From Phoronis australis (Eukaryota > Animalia > Phoronida), in the NCBI GenBank assembly GCA_002633005.1, contig NMRA01000280.1, positions 78,080 through 142,079 of the forward strand: a stretch of DNA of 64,000 nucleotides. The letters run 5' to 3'. A model generated the notes under the pieces. That model made no database searches. It was not told the origin of the DNA and saw only the letters and a program-made list of their open reading frames with translations. The position numbers were made by a program, and so were the translations under genes. Positions 61,872 through 64,000 of the stretch are shown piece after piece (position 1 is the stretch's first letter; the number at the start of each line of letters is the position of its first letter).

Positions 61872-63946
61872 GTATGTGCCATTGTCTATGGTGTGGTTAA
61901 CATTGTTTTTGTTCTGGGTTAACATAGTTTTTTGTGTTGGGTCAGTTGGTACTCGTGTTTCTTATCTTAATGTGATACATAACTGAACTATTTTGTATGT
62001 CATGATCAATTTGTCATTGTTTTACCATTGGCTTCCTGTGAAACCATTGCATTGAAATCAAGACCAGGTAGTACCAGTAGAATAGTTTCCTTCTCCCTGC
62101 AAGCTTACTTTCATTTCTCAGGTGTGGTGAATTGGATTTTAGTATTGTTACGTTTTCTTGCACGCTTAACTGAATAACTGTGCCTGATTGACTTTCATTA
62201 ACTGTCCGCTCTCTTAGAACCTACAGGCTCCTTTTCATGACCTGGTATACAGCAGTGTTTAATCTTAAACTGGAAGGATGTTTTTTTGAGGCCAGTGTAT
62301 AAAAATTGTAGTGTTTTATGCTTTTTACTTTTCAGTTGGCTGTTGGTGGGTGATTCAAATCTCTAAGTTAATGACTGAGGCAACTTTTAATGTAATGAAT
62401 TTTTAAGATAATTTATAGCCTACCATTACCAATAACAACAACGGTTATGCTGAATTTTTTATTTATTTATTCCTTACAATTTTTTCAGAACTAAATTATT
62501 GTTATTAGGAAATAAAAGCTAGAAGGTACGAAAACCATTGTATCGTAGCGGATTATTTATTTAGAGTATTCAGAATGACAAGCGTTAAATTTATTAACAG
62601 GATTGTGAGACATTCATAAATGATTCAAATGTTAATGGTGTCCATAAAAAAGTAATTAGATGCTGATCTGCCTGTAAGTGGAGATTTCAAAGGATCAGTT
62701 GTCCTGTTTTTTAAAAAAACTATAACTTTTAAGTCATATCCACACTACAAGTTACTGTAGAGCTACTTTCCCCGAGGCAACTTCCTTTGTGAAACTTGCT
62801 GTAGAACAACTTGACCCTGTTCAGCTGAGCGTCCACACCTTAAACCGTGCGCAAAATGCCTTTTAAAAATCGTTGGAATTGTTTTACGTATTCTGGATAG
62901 GCTTAGTTGGTTTGTATTCTGCAGTTTTTGTTTTGGCAGTTGAATGATACTGAGGCTGATGAAACTACTCCATTTATGATGTAAGCTTAGTGATGCAGGG
63001 TGAAATGCAGAGTGCTGCTATGCCTAAAACTGTACTTTAAAATTACTTTGAACGGTAGTTTATACTTGTGAATAGTAAGTTAAGATCTAAAACCTATCGC
63101 ACTTTGATGTATTCCATGAAGACGTCAGTTTAATATGTTCATGGTCAAGGTTAAGACTGCCACTGAAAATGTTGCTTTGAAATTCCGCCATCTTTTGTTA
63201 TGTATGGTCATATGCTGTATGAGTGTGACATTATGATGTTGAAAATCAAATTTCAGTGATTTAAATTCTGTGACCACTGACTTTGTATTGCCCCCCCCCC
63301 CCTCCCCAATATTGTAAACTGAGATTTAATAATGGATTTGAGCCGTTAAAGCAAAAGATGTATTGCATTTAAGCAATTAATTTTTTTAGTCGAAATCATT
63401 TATTTTCAACATTTGTCCATGTTACTGCCCACCCCTAAATTTTCGTTTTTAGTGCCCATGTTTGTTTACGCATTTCTTGGTATGAATGCTTGTCTACAAA
63501 GTTTTATCTCCTAAAGTATTCAGCATTCCACTTATCTTTATTCAAGTCCTAAAATATAGTATGCTTATCCGGCATACTGTAATCTTTGCTATCAACCAAT
63601 GTTTTATTTATTTGTTGCCCATGAAGTGGTTGACATAACTACGATACTGTTGAAAAAATGTCATTCGTCATTTGAGTAAAAGCCCGCTACCAATTATGTT
63701 TTGAAAGTCCCATGTTTGGCGTAACTGACCTGAATGACTGATATTTGAGTTTCTCTCAATTTTAACACTGTATGCCCATGTCCAACTCAGAGTACACCCA
63801 CTTATTGTTTATTTCCCCCTTTTGCCCGAACGAATACGATTGTTGTAATGAACAAAATAAGATAAAACCTGAGGTGTTGGTGTTCTTCAATAGATCAAGT
63901 GTTCATCACCTGTCAGTTGACAGTGAGTTCACTGTTTTCTTCATAG

Positions 63947-64000
63947 ATGACTACTACCACGATTCGCCGCAGTCTCGGCGGTCAGCCCAATCTGGGGGGT
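63947..64000 (+). CDS. SYTL4/5: Synaptotagmin-like protein, next exon (DYYHDSPQSRRSAQSGG), truncated by the window edge
   Basis: Acceptor TTTTCTTCATAG, phase 1, open to the edge, with a shift to higher GC. Confidence 0.7.
   Translation, partial: MTTTTIRRSLGGQPNLGG

Noticed and set aside
1-64000. CRISPR arrays, tRNA/rRNA genes, prokaryotic operons
   Set aside because: None seen; the sequence is eukaryotic, with no regularly spaced repeat-spacer array or recognisable structural RNA gene.

Overview
AT-rich, intron-containing eukaryotic DNA, probably a marine invertebrate draft assembly with N gaps. Three host genes are visible. (1) The first four coding exons of a minus-strand SPATS1-like gene (336-4271), assembled by hand from splice sites and missed by the ORF track. 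(2) A nearly intronless LRR-LRRCT-Ig-TM receptor gene (minus, ~13.5-16.4 kb). (3) The 5' part of a plus-strand synaptotagmin-like (SYTL4/5-type) Rab-effector gene, with coding exons from 51612 to the window end. Between the genes is a dense TE cluster: an apparently intact single-ORF APE-RT LINE with a virus-like 2A motif (DIEVNPGP), an internally deleted Kolobok-like transposon keeping a THAP gene stub and a convergent Cys-rich (P2X7-ballast/KolX-like) stub, a decayed HERO/R2-like retroelement, and a decayed L1/Tx1. Several Tc1/mariner-type and hAT-type MITEs, foldback repeats and a probable heterozygous TE insertion caught by the assembly are also present. All family assignments come from motif recognition, not database searches.
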